Shown one piece after another: positions 36,575-45,569 of a stretch of 64,000 nt of DNA; within the stretch, counting starts at the first letter, position 1, and each line of letters begins with the position of its first letter. The notes beneath the pieces were generated by a model that made no database searches, had not been told where the DNA came from, and was given only the letters and a program-made list of their open reading frames with translations. The position numbers were made by a program, and so were the translations under genes. The DNA is from a virus (taxonomy: Duplodnaviria > Caudoviricetes), in IMG/VR virus record IMGVR_UViG_3300013121_000038, positions 38,312-102,311 of that record. The stretch is one strand, 5' to 3'.

Positions 36575-37144
36575 CTACTCGGTCTTGGGCTTGTCCGGGT
36601 TGCCAGGCGGCAGCAGAGCCGCCCTGAAGGACGGGGCGATGAGCCGGTTGGCCTGCTGCTGCGCCCTCGGCAGCCACTCCTTGTAGGGCTTGGCCTCGGC
36701 GGTGTCGGGGATGGCGTCCTGGTCGATCGACTCGATGATCTCGGAGAACTTCTTCGACGCGCTGGCGATACGCGCCGCCTGCGTGGCAGCAGGCCCCTTG
36801 GTCATGTCGAGATCGTCGACGGTGGCGCGCATGCCGAGGCCGACCTTCGAGATGATGCGTCGGCCGTACTTCTTGAGCAGGATGTTGCGCGCCGTGCTCT
36901 TCAGCTTCTTCTTGCAGAACTCCACATCATCGGAGTCGGCACGCGGCCGCGTCCGCAGCCCCATCGCGCTGTAGGCGATGTCGACGAGGTTCTTGAACGC
37001 GTAGGGGTCGTGCCGTGCTGCCCAGTCGAGGTAGTGCGCGATCGCCTCGGCGAGGTTCAGGTCCGCTGGCTTCTTGTAGTCCGGCGCAGTGGACCGCCGC
37101 TTCGTGGTCTCGTTCTTGGTCACTGAAGGCTCCATCCTATCCAC
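36575..37144 (-). CDS. Hypothetical protein
   Basis: 189 aa basic protein with coding-like codon bias. Confidence 0.7.
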   Translation of the reverse strand: MDRMEPSVTKNETTKRRSTAPDYKKPADLNLAEAIAHYLDWAARHDPYAFKNLVDIAYSAMGLRTRPRADSDDVEFCKKKLKSTARNILLKKYGRRIISKVGLGMRATVDDLDMTKGPAATQAARIASASKKFSEIIESIDQDAIPDTAEAKPYKEWLPRAQQQANRLIAPSFRAALLPPGNPDKPKTE

Positions 37145-38042
37145 CCTTCTGGAGTTGAGAGTTGTACCGCTCCAAGGTCAAGTAGCTGTGCATAACCGAC
37201 TCGAAGAGCTCGGAGGTGTCTCCGTGCGTCTTGTCCGGATGATACTCGTTGGCCAGACGCCACTTGTTCCTCTTGGCCAGGTGCAGGTCCGCCGGCTTCC
37301 CGTTCGGCGGCGGGTCCATCCCCAGCGTGGAACAAGCCTTCTCGACCTCGTCCTTCGACACCGACTCCTGCTTGTCCATCTTCGCCACATGCTCGTCGGT
37401 CTCCATCGCCTTGGCGAGGCTGTCTCTGAAGTCGCGAGCCACGATGCGGAGCATCACCAGCAACTCGCGTTCCAGTGTCGTGTGTACGACCGGATCGGAG
37501 TATGCCAGCTCCTTCTTCAGGAACTTCTCGGTGCGCGCCTTGATGTCGGCCCAGAAGATCGCGCTCTCGGTCGCCAGCTTCTCAGGAGACTTCCTAGGGC
37601 TTCTCCTCTTGCGAGTGAGGTGCTTCTGCCCTGCGATGCGGTACGGAACCCCGGACCTCGACATCCTGATGTACGGGAGCTGGTCGTACTCCTTCAGCGC
37701 CTCGTTCAAGACGTCAGCGACCTGGCGGTTGGTGCTGAGTGCCTTGATCCGAGCCTTCATGATCATGCTGGCTATGGATGAAGTGGTCATCTTCTTCTCG
37801 TCGAGTCTCCTCCAGAACTCTTCTACCCCATCACCGATAGAGAGCAGCATGCTGCGAACACGGAAGTCACGCTGAGCCACGCCAGGGATGTTCGCAGCGA
37901 ACCACTTCTCTCCAGAGAGTGGACCGTTCCATCCGCTGCTGACAACCTTGACCCACAGCTCGTGCTCCAACATCGCCCGCTCTCGCTGAGTGGCGTAGTC
38001 GGCAAGAGCGATGTGCTCGGCGATCAACTCTTGCAGTGTCAT
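37137..38042 (-). CDS. Protein with a C-terminal J-domain (DnaJ-like)
   Basis: ACSTLGM...KRNKWRLANEYHPDK...FESVMHSY-x2-L; HPD motif intact. Confidence 0.75.
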   Translation of the reverse strand: MTLQELIAEHIALADYATQRERAMLEHELWVKVVSSGWNGPLSGEKWFAANIPGVAQRDFRVRSMLLSIGDGVEEFWRRLDEKKMTTSSIASMIMKARIKALSTNRQVADVLNEALKEYDQLPYIRMSRSGVPYRIAGQKHLTRKRRSPRKSPEKLATESAIFWADIKARTEKFLKKELAYSDPVVHTTLERELLVMLRIVARDFRDSLAKAMETDEHVAKMDKQESVSKDEVEKACSTLGMDPPPNGKPADLHLAKRNKWRLANEYHPDKTHGDTSELFESVMHSYLTLERYNSQLQKGG

Positions 38043-38662
38043 GAGAGCTTCCTCACGATGTCTTCGAGCTTGCTTAGCAGCTCGGTCTGACGCTTCTCGA
38101 AACCCTCGAACATCTTCTTGATTTCGTCTACTCCTTCCCTCGTGTAAATGGTGGACTGCAAGGCGGTGTGCATCGTCTCGATGAGCTCCCCCAACAGGTA
38201 GTTCGTCTGTGCGAGGGAGTTCTTGTCGGCTGGAGGCGGCGGCACTTCGCCAGGCTTCGTTGGGATGTACGGCGCTGGGGCGAGGAACAACGTCTGCTGC
38301 CCGTTCTCTGGCTGAGTCTGGGCTGACGTCTTGGGTTGTGCCGGGGGGTCGACTGGCATCTGTGGCGGCACGTTCGACGGCCACACGAAGTCAGCGATGC
38401 TCTCGTCGCTCTCCAAGATGTCATCCAGCCTGTCGGCATCAGCTAAAACGTATTCAGCGGGCTTACCGACTTCTCCCGTCTCAGCCACCTTGCGAGCAGC
38501 GCCACACGCAACGAGGCTTCTGAGGACCCGGCGTTGGAAGACTCGATTGCCTTCCTCTTCCGGCATCCCCATGAAGAGCTCGTTGCGTGTGGCGACCTTG
38601 CCCTTGCGCAGCGTACGGAGAGCGCGACGGACGAATCCAAGACGCGCTGCCTCGTTCGCCAT
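38039..38662 (-). CDS. Putative winged-helix DNA-binding protein
   Basis: TRNELF...RRVLRSLV-x2-G-x3-KV...AEYVL pattern; C-terminal coiled coil. Confidence 0.5.
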   Translation of the reverse strand: MANEAARLGFVRRALRTLRKGKVATRNELFMGMPEEEGNRVFQRRVLRSLVACGAARKVAETGEVGKPAEYVLADADRLDDILESDESIADFVWPSNVPPQMPVDPPAQPKTSAQTQPENGQQTLFLAPAPYIPTKPGEVPPPPADKNSLAQTNYLLGELIETMHTALQSTIYTREGVDEIKKMFEGFEKRQTELLSKLEDIVRKLS

Positions 38663-38673
38663 GTGTCAGCCTC

Positions 38674-39183
38674 CTAGATCGCCGGCGGGGTGTACTGCTG
38701 CTTGATCATGAGCATGACGAACTTCTTCACCTTCACGATGCCCGCCTTGCCGTTCTTCTCCATGAACTGGTAGCGGCGGGCGATCTCGTCGCGCTGGCTC
38801 GGCACCTTCACCGCCTCGTGCGCGAACACCACCAACCGCTTGGTGGACGTGCCGACGTTGACGATGACGGTCTCGAAGACCGGGAACAGCTCCAGCGGCT
38901 GGTCCTTGATGAGCGCCGACTTCACGCTCCTCATGCGAGAGCGGAGCTTGGCGATCTTCGCGTTCTCGTACGCGTCGTTCTTGTCGACCTTCGCGATCGA
39001 CTCGAACAGCTTGGGGTAGCTCTTCCCCTTGTCTGCCTCCACCGCGTCCTTCATCTCCTGCGGTGTGGCGTCGACGTGCGCCGTCTTGAGCTTCGCCACC
39101 AACGTGGCGATCTCCAACCCGTAGTCCGTCGGTGCTTTCCCACGGATGTGGTCGAGCACGTACTTTGTCGTGATCTGTGCCAT
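38674..39183 (-). CDS. Hypothetical protein
   Basis: 169 aa, Lys-rich. Confidence 0.7.
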   Translation of the reverse strand: MAQITTKYVLDHIRGKAPTDYGLEIATLVAKLKTAHVDATPQEMKDAVEADKGKSYPKLFESIAKVDKNDAYENAKIAKLRSRMRSVKSALIKDQPLELFPVFETVIVNVGTSTKRLVVFAHEAVKVPSQRDEIARRYQFMEKNGKAGIVKVKKFVMLMIKQQYTPPAI

Positions 39184-39246
39184 AGCACTAAGAAGGCGCC
39201 CGAGCAGTCTCGGGCGCCTCCTCCTTTCAAGAGGGTTGGGTGTGCT

Positions 39247-39783
39247 CTACAGCTTGCCGCTGAAGACGCCAGCCACGCGGCGCGCCTCGAAGCCGTCCTC
39301 GAAGACGCTGAGCTTGTCGAGCCCCATCGACTTCATGAGCTCGACCATCTTCTGGCGCTCCTCGACGTCGAACTCCATGTTGACGTCGAGGATGAACACG
39401 GCCTTGTTCTTCTTGGCCATCTCCATGCGCCGGCGGATGTAGCCGGCCAGCTCCTCGGGCAGCGCCAACGCCACCTGGGGCGGCTGCTCCTTCGGCGCCC
39501 TCACCAGCCGCGCCGCCTGCCTGGTCGTGCTCTTGGCCTTCTTCTTCTCGGCCTTGACCGCCGAGTTGTACTGCGCCGCCCGGCTCTTCATCTGGCTGTT
39601 GGTGAGCCCGAGGTCGCGCGCCACCTTGGAGCACGTCTTCGAGTCCATGCCGCCCTTGAACTGCTTCCTCACCTCGGCCAGTGCCTGCTTCTTCGACTGG
39701 CCCAGCTTGAGCAGCTCGGTGTAGAGAGCGATCTTCTTCGCAGCCTTTTCCACCAGCTTCTTGTTGTTGCTCGGCATTCGCAT
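39247..39783 (-). CDS. Highly basic hypothetical protein, possibly DNA-binding
   Basis: Lys/Ala-rich; has its own promoter motif and terminator. Confidence 0.7.
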   Translation of the reverse strand: MRMPSNNKKLVEKAAKKIALYTELLKLGQSKKQALAEVRKQFKGGMDSKTCSKVARDLGLTNSQMKSRAAQYNSAVKAEKKKAKSTTRQAARLVRAPKEQPPQVALALPEELAGYIRRRMEMAKKNKAVFILDVNMEFDVEERQKMVELMKSMGLDKLSVFEDGFEARRVAGVFSGKL

Positions 39784-39889
39784 CCTCCCGGAATGGAAGA
39801 CTGAAAGACTCAGCCTTCACGTCTGTGGTCTTATCCCCTGACAGGGATGCCATTTGCCACGCGTGAGGGGACCTCTTAGACTGCGTTCC

Positions 39890-40180
39890 ATGAGCTCTGT
39901 CATGATGGCATCTGGCGACCCCAAGCCGTTCGGCTGGATCGCGGACCAGGTCTGGCACACCTCCAACAACCCATGGCTGCCGGCCGAGCCACAGCCATGG
40001 TATGTGCCGCAGACGATCGTGGAGCCTCAACCAGCACTGCCACCCATCGTCGTGATGCCCACCCAGGAGCTGGACGCTCTCAAGAAGCGTCTGGACGAGC
40101 TGGAGAAGGCCGTGAAGAAGCTCAGCCCGGTGAAGGAAGACGGCCCGGAGTGCGAGCCTGGTCGAGTGGTCGAGCTCTAG
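39890..40180 (+). CDS. Hypothetical protein (opposite strand to neighbours)
   Basis: Pro/Trp-rich N-terminus followed by a coiled coil. Confidence 0.5.
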   Translation: MSSVMMASGDPKPFGWIADQVWHTSNNPWLPAEPQPWYVPQTIVEPQPALPPIVVMPTQELDALKKRLDELEKAVKKLSPVKEDGPECEPGRVVEL

Positions 40181-40384
40181 GGCTAAGAAAGAGGCGGGGC
40201 GCTGTACAAGCCGCCCCGCCCGGTCTACTCCACTCGCTCTTTCTCTAGGTCGGAGAGGCTTCTCACCTAGTGACGTGAACGCAGCCTGAGAGCCTCCCCT
40301 ATCGCGTACGGTGTCAGAGGTTCTGGGCTTCAACCACCGAGCTTGTCGCTCAGCATCGCATCACTCCTCTCGTACCTCGTTCTA

Positions 40385-40522
40385 TCACCGCTCCTGCCTT
40401 GGCGGCTGGATGAGCCTCATCCGCTCGCGTAGCGCCGAGACCCCTAGCACGGCGGCGATGCCCATCAACAGCCCAGGCAGAACCCACTTCTCAGCGATGA
40501 TCTCGATCTTGATACCGAACAT
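40385..40522 (-). CDS. Short membrane peptide
   Basis: MFGIKIEIIAEKWVLPGLLMGIAAVLGVSAL... Confidence 0.45.
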   Translation of the reverse strand: MFGIKIEIIAEKWVLPGLLMGIAAVLGVSALRERMRLIQPPRQER

Positions 40523-40590
40523 GACAACTCGCTTTCTACGTCTCCCTGCTCAACCGCCAGAGGAGACGTAGTGCCTCAGCCGGCGCATGA

Positions 40591-40827
40591 TCACCTCCTT
40601 TCGTTAGGATCCCAGCCGTAGCCGTGCTCGGTCGCGCCGATGAACTCGCCCTCGTGGTTGACTGGGCGCCAGCTCCAGAAGTTGCTGAGCCCGTGCTCGC
40701 CCCAGTACTGCCCGCTGGTGATCTTCACCATGCGGCCATCGGGATGCTTGACGATGTCGCCCACCTTGAAGGGCGCACCACCAAGCACCTCTTCCGTCAT
40801 CTGCTTCACCCAGTTGGCGACTGGCAT
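40591..40827 (-). CDS. Hypothetical protein
   Basis: AGGAGG RBS; FKVGDIVKHPDGR SH3-like start. Confidence 0.65.
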   Translation of the reverse strand: MPVANWVKQMTEEVLGGAPFKVGDIVKHPDGRMVKITSGQYWGEHGLSNFWSWRPVNHEGEFIGATEHGYGWDPNERR

Positions 40828-40835
40828 GCGCCCTC

Positions 40836-41096
40836 CTAGGACATCTTGAAGCGACGCCACTTCATGTCCTCGCCGTCGTCGAGGAAGATGTGGAAGCCGT
40901 TGTGCTCGGTGTAGACGATGAGCCAGCCCTCGTACTTCTCGATCTCCGCGTTGTGGAAAGTGCAGGACGTGAGGTCGTGGTGCGTGACCGTGACGAGCCA
41001 CTTGAAGTTGCGCTCCGACGACATCTTGGAGTCCACTCCATAGGCGTGTTCCATGGCATGCCTGAATGGACTCACAGGCTTCTGTCTTCGCATCAC
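40836..41096 (-). CDS. Hypothetical protein
   Basis: Packed in the operon; start uncertain. Confidence 0.55.
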   Translation of the reverse strand: MMRRQKPVSPFRHAMEHAYGVDSKMSSERNFKWLVTVTHHDLTSCTFHNAEIEKYEGWLIVYTEHNGFHIFLDDGEDMKWRRFKMS

Positions 41097-41326
41097 TTGC
41101 CTCTCTTGCAGCGACAGTGGCCCTTCTTCGCCAGGTGATCATGGGCCATGTCGAGCTTGGTTGAGAACTTCTCCAAGTTCTCCAGCGTCTGCCTCTGCGA
41201 CAGCTCGTTGGAGATGTACTGGCCCTCGGTCGGTCCGAAGCCACGAGAGCACGTGAGAGTGATGAGCTGCTTGGCTTCCTCCTCATCCCCGACTGAGAAG
41301 ACGGGGAGGAAGCCCTTATCCGGCAC
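41093..41326 (-). CDS. Hypothetical protein
   Basis: Packed in the operon. Confidence 0.55.
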   Translation of the reverse strand: MPDKGFLPVFSVGDEEEAKQLITLTCSRGFGPTEGQYISNELSQRQTLENLEKFSTKLDMAHDHLAKKGHCRCKRGK

Positions 41327-41393
41327 ACGGCCGAATCGGACGACGACAGCTCAAAAGATCTTGATGGGCCCGTTGTCGAGCCGCTCACCGATC

Positions 41394-41618
41394 CTAGTGC
41401 CGATCATGGCTGATACGCTTTCCGTCTCTGCGCTCCTGCTGTCGCAGATACTTCTTGAGCCCGCTCTTGGCCCGAGCAGCACCTCGATGGCCGTTGGCGA
41501 AGTCGTTGCCGATCTGGGCTTGCACCACCGAGCTCGACAGCTTCCTGGTTCTGCGCAACATGGACGGATCTCTGAAAGAACCAGGATCCTTGTACCCACG
41601 TCTGTGGTTTGTCTTCAT
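41394..41618 (-). CDS. Small basic hypothetical protein
   Basis: AAGGAG RBS; Arg/Lys-rich. Confidence 0.6.
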   Translation of the reverse strand: MKTNHRRGYKDPGSFRDPSMLRRTRKLSSSVVQAQIGNDFANGHRGAARAKSGLKKYLRQQERRDGKRISHDRH

Positions 41619-41621
41619 GCT

Positions 41622-42002
41622 TCACTCCTTCCAGTACTTCGGCTTGCCTTCGATGAGTGCATCGAGGCGTTGGCGAGGGTCCCCCACGTCGCCGCCGTAG
41701 GAGACCACCACGGAGTCCAGCGCCTTGTTGATGTCTGGCTCGGAAGCCAGCGCTGCTTGCAGCTTGTCGAGTGCCTCACGGGCACGCTCTGGCTTGTACG
41801 TTCAAAGCTCAAGGAGGATGTGCGGCGGGCCGCACTCACCAGCCTCGAACTTCACCACGTTGTCGTCATGCTGGTACTGCTCCACTTGAATGCGGAGCTG
41901 GCCGAGCATATAGCCATAGACGACCAAGCACACCTTGCCGTCTTCGCTAGCCAGGAGGAGCTTCTGCGCCCCGTACGTCGGAGCTCTCTCTGTGAACTTC
42001 AT
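41622..42002 (-). pseudogene. ORF interrupted by one in-frame TGA at 41802-41804
   Basis: Reads ...ILLEL*TYKPERAREALDKL...KYWKE*; coding-like codons continue for 59 codons with no early restart. Confidence 0.5.
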
Positions 42003-42429
42003 CTGGCTTCTTCTCCTCGTCCTTGTGCTTGAGCTCGCTCGGGTGGTACTGGAGCACGCGCTGGAACTTCAGCGACCCCTCCTCGTTGTCGAACTTGATG
42101 AAGTGGATGGCGCGAGCCGGGTAGCCGCACTCGGCGCAGTAGCCTTCTCCGTGTGCCAGCCCCCAGGTGAAGGTGCAGCCGAGGATGTACGCCTCCACCA
42201 TGTCCTTGCCGACGAGACGCTCACCACAGCCGATGCACTTGTGGTCCACCATGGGGGTGAAGTGGTGGTAGTAGACGTCGAGCTCTGCGTTCAACTTCGC
42301 ACACAGCTCGATGGCCTCAGGAGCGGTCTCCCCATCCTTCACCGTCACGCCGATGCCAACGCTTGCCACAGTGGCATGTGGCAGGTTCTTCGCCCTCAGC
42401 TCGTTGAGCTTCTCCAGGGTCATCTTCAT
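41947..42429 (-). CDS. Zn-finger hypothetical protein
   Basis: CIGCG...FTWGLAHGEGYCAECGYPAR. Confidence 0.65.
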   Translation of the reverse strand: MKMTLEKLNELRAKNLPHATVASVGIGVTVKDGETAPEAIELCAKLNAELDVYYHHFTPMVDHKCIGCGERLVGKDMVEAYILGCTFTWGLAHGEGYCAECGYPARAIHFIKFDNEEGSLKFQRVLQYHPSELKHKDEEKKPDEVHRESSDVRGAEAPPG

Positions 42430-42653
42430 AGCTTCTTCTCCACACCTTCGGGTGGCATCCAGATGATGCAACCGCAGCGTCCCTCCCTGATGACGATGTC
42501 CGTTGAGCAGCAGTAGACGCGACACGCCTCGTTCTTGCTGTCGTGCTTCTTGATGCTGTCGGTGATGATGAAGATCAGCGCCAGGACGACGATGGTCGCC
42601 ATGAAGGCGAAGAGGGCAGAGTAGCTGTCCTTGAAGACTGGTCTCCAGATCAT
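42426..42653 (-). CDS. Membrane-anchored Cys-rich protein
   Basis: One transmembrane helix followed by C-x3-CC...CGC. Confidence 0.6.
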   Translation of the reverse strand: MIWRPVFKDSYSALFAFMATIVVLALIFIITDSIKKHDSKNEACRVYCCSTDIVIREGRCGCIIWMPPEGVEKKL

Positions 42654-42853
42654 GGCTTCTTGCCCTTCCTGAGCAGCTTGTCGAGCTCCATCGTTGCCTT
42701 GGCCAGCTTGGTGTACGCGTCGACGTCCACCGCCACGTAGTTCTTCGTCCCGTAGGAGCCGTGAACGCCTGACACCACGACGTTCACGGCGGCATGGTGG
42801 ACGTCGGCGAGGAGCTTGGTCTGTCTCATGACTCTCTTCCCTAGGAGTTCCAT
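42650..42853 (-). CDS. Hypothetical protein
   Basis: GGAGG RBS. Confidence 0.6.
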   Translation of the reverse strand: MELLGKRVMRQTKLLADVHHAAVNVVVSGVHGSYGTKNYVAVDVDAYTKLAKATMELDKLLRKGKKP

Positions 42854-42861
42854 GCTGCCTC

Positions 42862-43095
42862 CTACTTCTTGAGCTTCTTCACGAAGCGGCCGATGGCGAC
42901 GGCGAGGCCAACCGTCATCCGAGCCTGTCCGTCGTTGGGGTCGATGGCGTCGATTGCTGGTCTCACCACCGAGAGCAGCATCTGGAGCTCTCGGTGAGCC
43001 TTCGCCGCATGGCCGTGGTAGATCGAAGCCGGGTGAGAGATGGACTCCACCAAGTCCGACAGCGTCGGAACGATCTTCGATGGCTTGCGAGGCAT
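42862..43095 (-). CDS. Hypothetical protein
   Basis: Packed in the operon. Confidence 0.6.
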   Translation of the reverse strand: MPRKPSKIVPTLSDLVESISHPASIYHGHAAKAHRELQMLLSVVRPAIDAIDPNDGQARMTVGLAVAIGRFVKKLKK

Positions 43096-43680
43096 TTACT
43101 TCTTCGCCTTCTTGGCTGTCGTGAGGCGCTTCGGCTTCTCACCACGGCGGCGCAGGGCGATGAGCCTGAAGCCCTTCTTCTTGGCGAGCGTGTTGAGCTC
43201 CTCCACGCTGAGCAGGTGCGCTGTGGCGTGGATGAGCTTCTCGCTGACGTCGGTCGCCGGCTTGGGCGGCTCAGGAGGCGGCACGTACTCGTACTCCTCG
43301 ACCTTCTTGGCCTGGTTCTTGAGCTTCAAGACATTCGGCTCGGTCTTCTTGCCGTGGATGTCCTTGATCTCGGCGAGGCGGCGCTCCTTGCGCAGGATCT
43401 GCTGGATACCCTCCCAGCGGTAGAGCTCCTGCGCCACCTTGACGTCGTTCTTCGGGTCGTCGATGGGCAAGTGCATGAGCACACGAGCCGTGTTGCCGCC
43501 CACCAGCACCACAGCCGTGGTGTCAGCGTGGTGCGTCTCGACCACGTAGAGGCCGTGGCCGATGGGCTGGTTGTGGCTGCCCATCTGGATGGCGGTGTGG
43601 ATGAGCTCTCCCAGCTTGGTGTCCGCCTTGAGCTCACCAAGCAGGTCGTTGAGCAGGAACAGCGTTGTGTTGAGTCCCAT
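43096..43680 (-). CDS. Hypothetical protein
   Basis: GAGGAG RBS; MGLNTTLFLLND start. Confidence 0.65.
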   Translation of the reverse strand: MGLNTTLFLLNDLLGELKADTKLGELIHTAIQMGSHNQPIGHGLYVVETHHADTTAVVLVGGNTARVLMHLPIDDPKNDVKVAQELYRWEGIQQILRKERRLAEIKDIHGKKTEPNVLKLKNQAKKVEEYEYVPPPEPPKPATDVSEKLIHATAHLLSVEELNTLAKKKGFRLIALRRRGEKPKRLTTAKKAKK

Positions 43681-44081
43681 TACCCCTCCTCGGGATGGAT
43701 CTTGATGACGGCGTTGAACGGCATCTCCGCAGCGAGGTAGACGCTCGGGCCGAAGATGCTCATGAGCTCCCAGAGCTGCCACTTCGACCAACCATCAACC
43801 TCAGCGATGGGCTTGAGCTTGATGTCTTTCGGCAGCTTCAGCTCATCGTGGTACTTCTTCAGCAGCGCTCGTCCGTGATCGGTGAGCTTCACCGAGACGT
43901 AGCTGTTGATGTTGAAGAAGTTGTTCTTCTGCTCCTCTGCCAGTGCCTCTTCCACCGCCTTGCCGAAGATCATCGAGCGGTGCATCCACTTGATGACGTC
44001 TTCGGTGTCAGAGTCGAGGCCAGGGAAGGCCTTGACGTGCTTCACCAGCTCGGTAGACGACTTCTGAAGTGTGGTGCTCAT
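43680..44081 (-). CDS. Hypothetical phage protein
   Basis: FNINSYVSVKLT...WQLWELMSIFG domain. Confidence 0.65.
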   Translation of the reverse strand: MSTTLQKSSTELVKHVKAFPGLDSDTEDVIKWMHRSMIFGKAVEEALAEEQKNNFFNINSYVSVKLTDHGRALLKKYHDELKLPKDIKLKPIAEVDGWSKWQLWELMSIFGPSVYLAAEMPFNAVIKIHPEEG

Positions 44082-44413
44082 ATCTTCCCCTTGGTGATGG
44101 CAGACATCACCAGCTCGTGAAGGATCATTGCCAGATCTCGTCTGCTCTTCTCCAACGTCTTCGAGTCGGCGAGCTTCTTCGCCACCATGACCCACGCCTT
44201 CCAGAGCTCGGAGTCCGAGACATCTTCGTTCGTCTCACCATCGAGCGACGATACGGAGGTCGTCGTGCTGCCATCTTCGTTGCGGATGACCGAGACGACA
44301 ATGACGGCGTCGGAGCCAGTGAAGCCCTGTGCTTCGATCTCCTCCTTGGTGGCGCCGTCAGGGTCGTAGATGACCACGTGGCCTATCTTGTACCTCCGCT
44401 CGGTCTCGCTCAT
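44078..44413 (-). CDS. Hypothetical protein
   Basis: ATGA overlaps with both neighbours. Confidence 0.65.
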   Translation of the reverse strand: MSETERRYKIGHVVIYDPDGATKEEIEAQGFTGSDAVIVVSVIRNEDGSTTTSVSSLDGETNEDVSDSELWKAWVMVAKKLADSKTLEKSRRDLAMILHELVMSAITKGKI

Positions 44414-44610
44414 CGGATCAGGATCTCCAGAGAGATGGTGTAGCCGTGCTTCTTGGCGAACTCCTGCATCTCTTCCTTGTTGAAGTTGCAGTTGTAGTTG
44501 CCGCAGAAGTCAGTCACTGAGCCGTGGAAGAAGACAACAGGCTCCTTCCACGGGCTCCTTGGGTCACGTCCGAAGACGGTGACCATGGAGACTTCACTCG
44601 CCTCGAACAT
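44410..44610 (-). CDS. Hypothetical protein
   Basis: Packed in the operon. Confidence 0.6.
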   Translation of the reverse strand: MFEASEVSMVTVFGRDPRSPWKEPVVFFHGSVTDFCGNYNCNFNKEEMQEFAKKHGYTISLEILIR

Positions 44611-44611
44611 G

Positions 44612-44908
44612 CTAGCCCTTGCTTTCTGGCTGGTAGCTCTGGTTCCAGCGCACCCTGTCCATCGCGACTTCTCTCTCCAAGACGCCTGCCTCGATCATGG
44701 TGTTGAGCGTCTCGTAGAGAGCGTTGCCGAGTCGGTTGTTGGACCAGAAGATCCACTTGAAACCGTGCCAGCCATCGGTCGGTGGTGGAGGTTGTGGTGA
44801 GGTGAACTCAGGAACGAGGCCGAGCACGGTTGCGAGCTCGTACGCGGCCACGTCCCAGTCCTGCCAGTTCTTCAGCCTGTCCTTGAGCGTCAGCATGGGC
44901 TCAGGCAT
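44612..44908 (-). CDS. Hypothetical protein
   Basis: Trp-rich 98 aa protein. Confidence 0.6.
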   Translation of the reverse strand: MPEPMLTLKDRLKNWQDWDVAAYELATVLGLVPEFTSPQPPPPTDGWHGFKWIFWSNNRLGNALYETLNTMIEAGVLEREVAMDRVRWNQSYQPESKG

Positions 44909-45557
44909 CGGGGAGAAGGTCCCAGTCGTCGGCCCACTCGCTGTAGTCGATGCCGCTCGGCTTGGCCGGAGACGGCTTCGGCACGGTCTGGTTCATTGGC
45001 GCCGAGGTCAGACGCCCAGACTGCGTGGCAGGCGAAGAAGGAACAGGAGGCATCGAAGGCGGCGGCACAGGCGCCTGAGGCACGGGAACAGGAGCGTGAG
45101 TCGAGACCTGGATCACAGGCCACTTCTCGACCATCCTGCTGTTGGAGTAGTTGCCGTTGCAGGTGGGATCGCTGCTCCAGCAGCCCCAGTACTGCCAGGA
45201 CTCGTGATCCGAGTGGACCTGGTTCGCCGGGACAGTGCAGCGATGCCCCTGAGGCGACGGAGCAGCGCAGCAGTCCTTGGAGCCGAGCATCCGCCCAGGC
45301 GGCTTGGCGGCCATCGGAGGAGGCTGCGCGACAGCCGGCGGCGGGGCGTAGTTGACCACAGCAGCGGCGTTGGGCCACTGCTCCAGCATCCTGCCACGGA
45401 CGCTGTAGGCGCCGCCGCAGGTGGGGTCCATGCTCCAGCAGCCCCAATCCGGCCAGGCTTCGTGGAAAACGTGTCCGTGGCTGCGTGGGATGGTGCAGTT
45501 GCGGCCCTGAGGCGACTGGTCAGCACAGCAATCGGCGCGACGGAGCTTCACTGGCAT
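44901..45557 (-). CDS. Protein with two Cys/His-rich repeats and an acidic C-terminal tail
   Basis: Two copies of DCC...CT[IV]P...H-x2-HE-x-W-x3-GCWS-x-DP-x-C; ends IDYSEWADDWDLLPDA. Confidence 0.75.
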   Translation of the reverse strand: MPVKLRRADCCADQSPQGRNCTIPRSHGHVFHEAWPDWGCWSMDPTCGGAYSVRGRMLEQWPNAAAVVNYAPPPAVAQPPPMAAKPPGRMLGSKDCCAAPSPQGHRCTVPANQVHSDHESWQYWGCWSSDPTCNGNYSNSRMVEKWPVIQVSTHAPVPVPQAPVPPPSMPPVPSSPATQSGRLTSAPMNQTVPKPSPAKPSGIDYSEWADDWDLLPDA

Positions 45558-45569
45558 GGTCTTCTCCTC

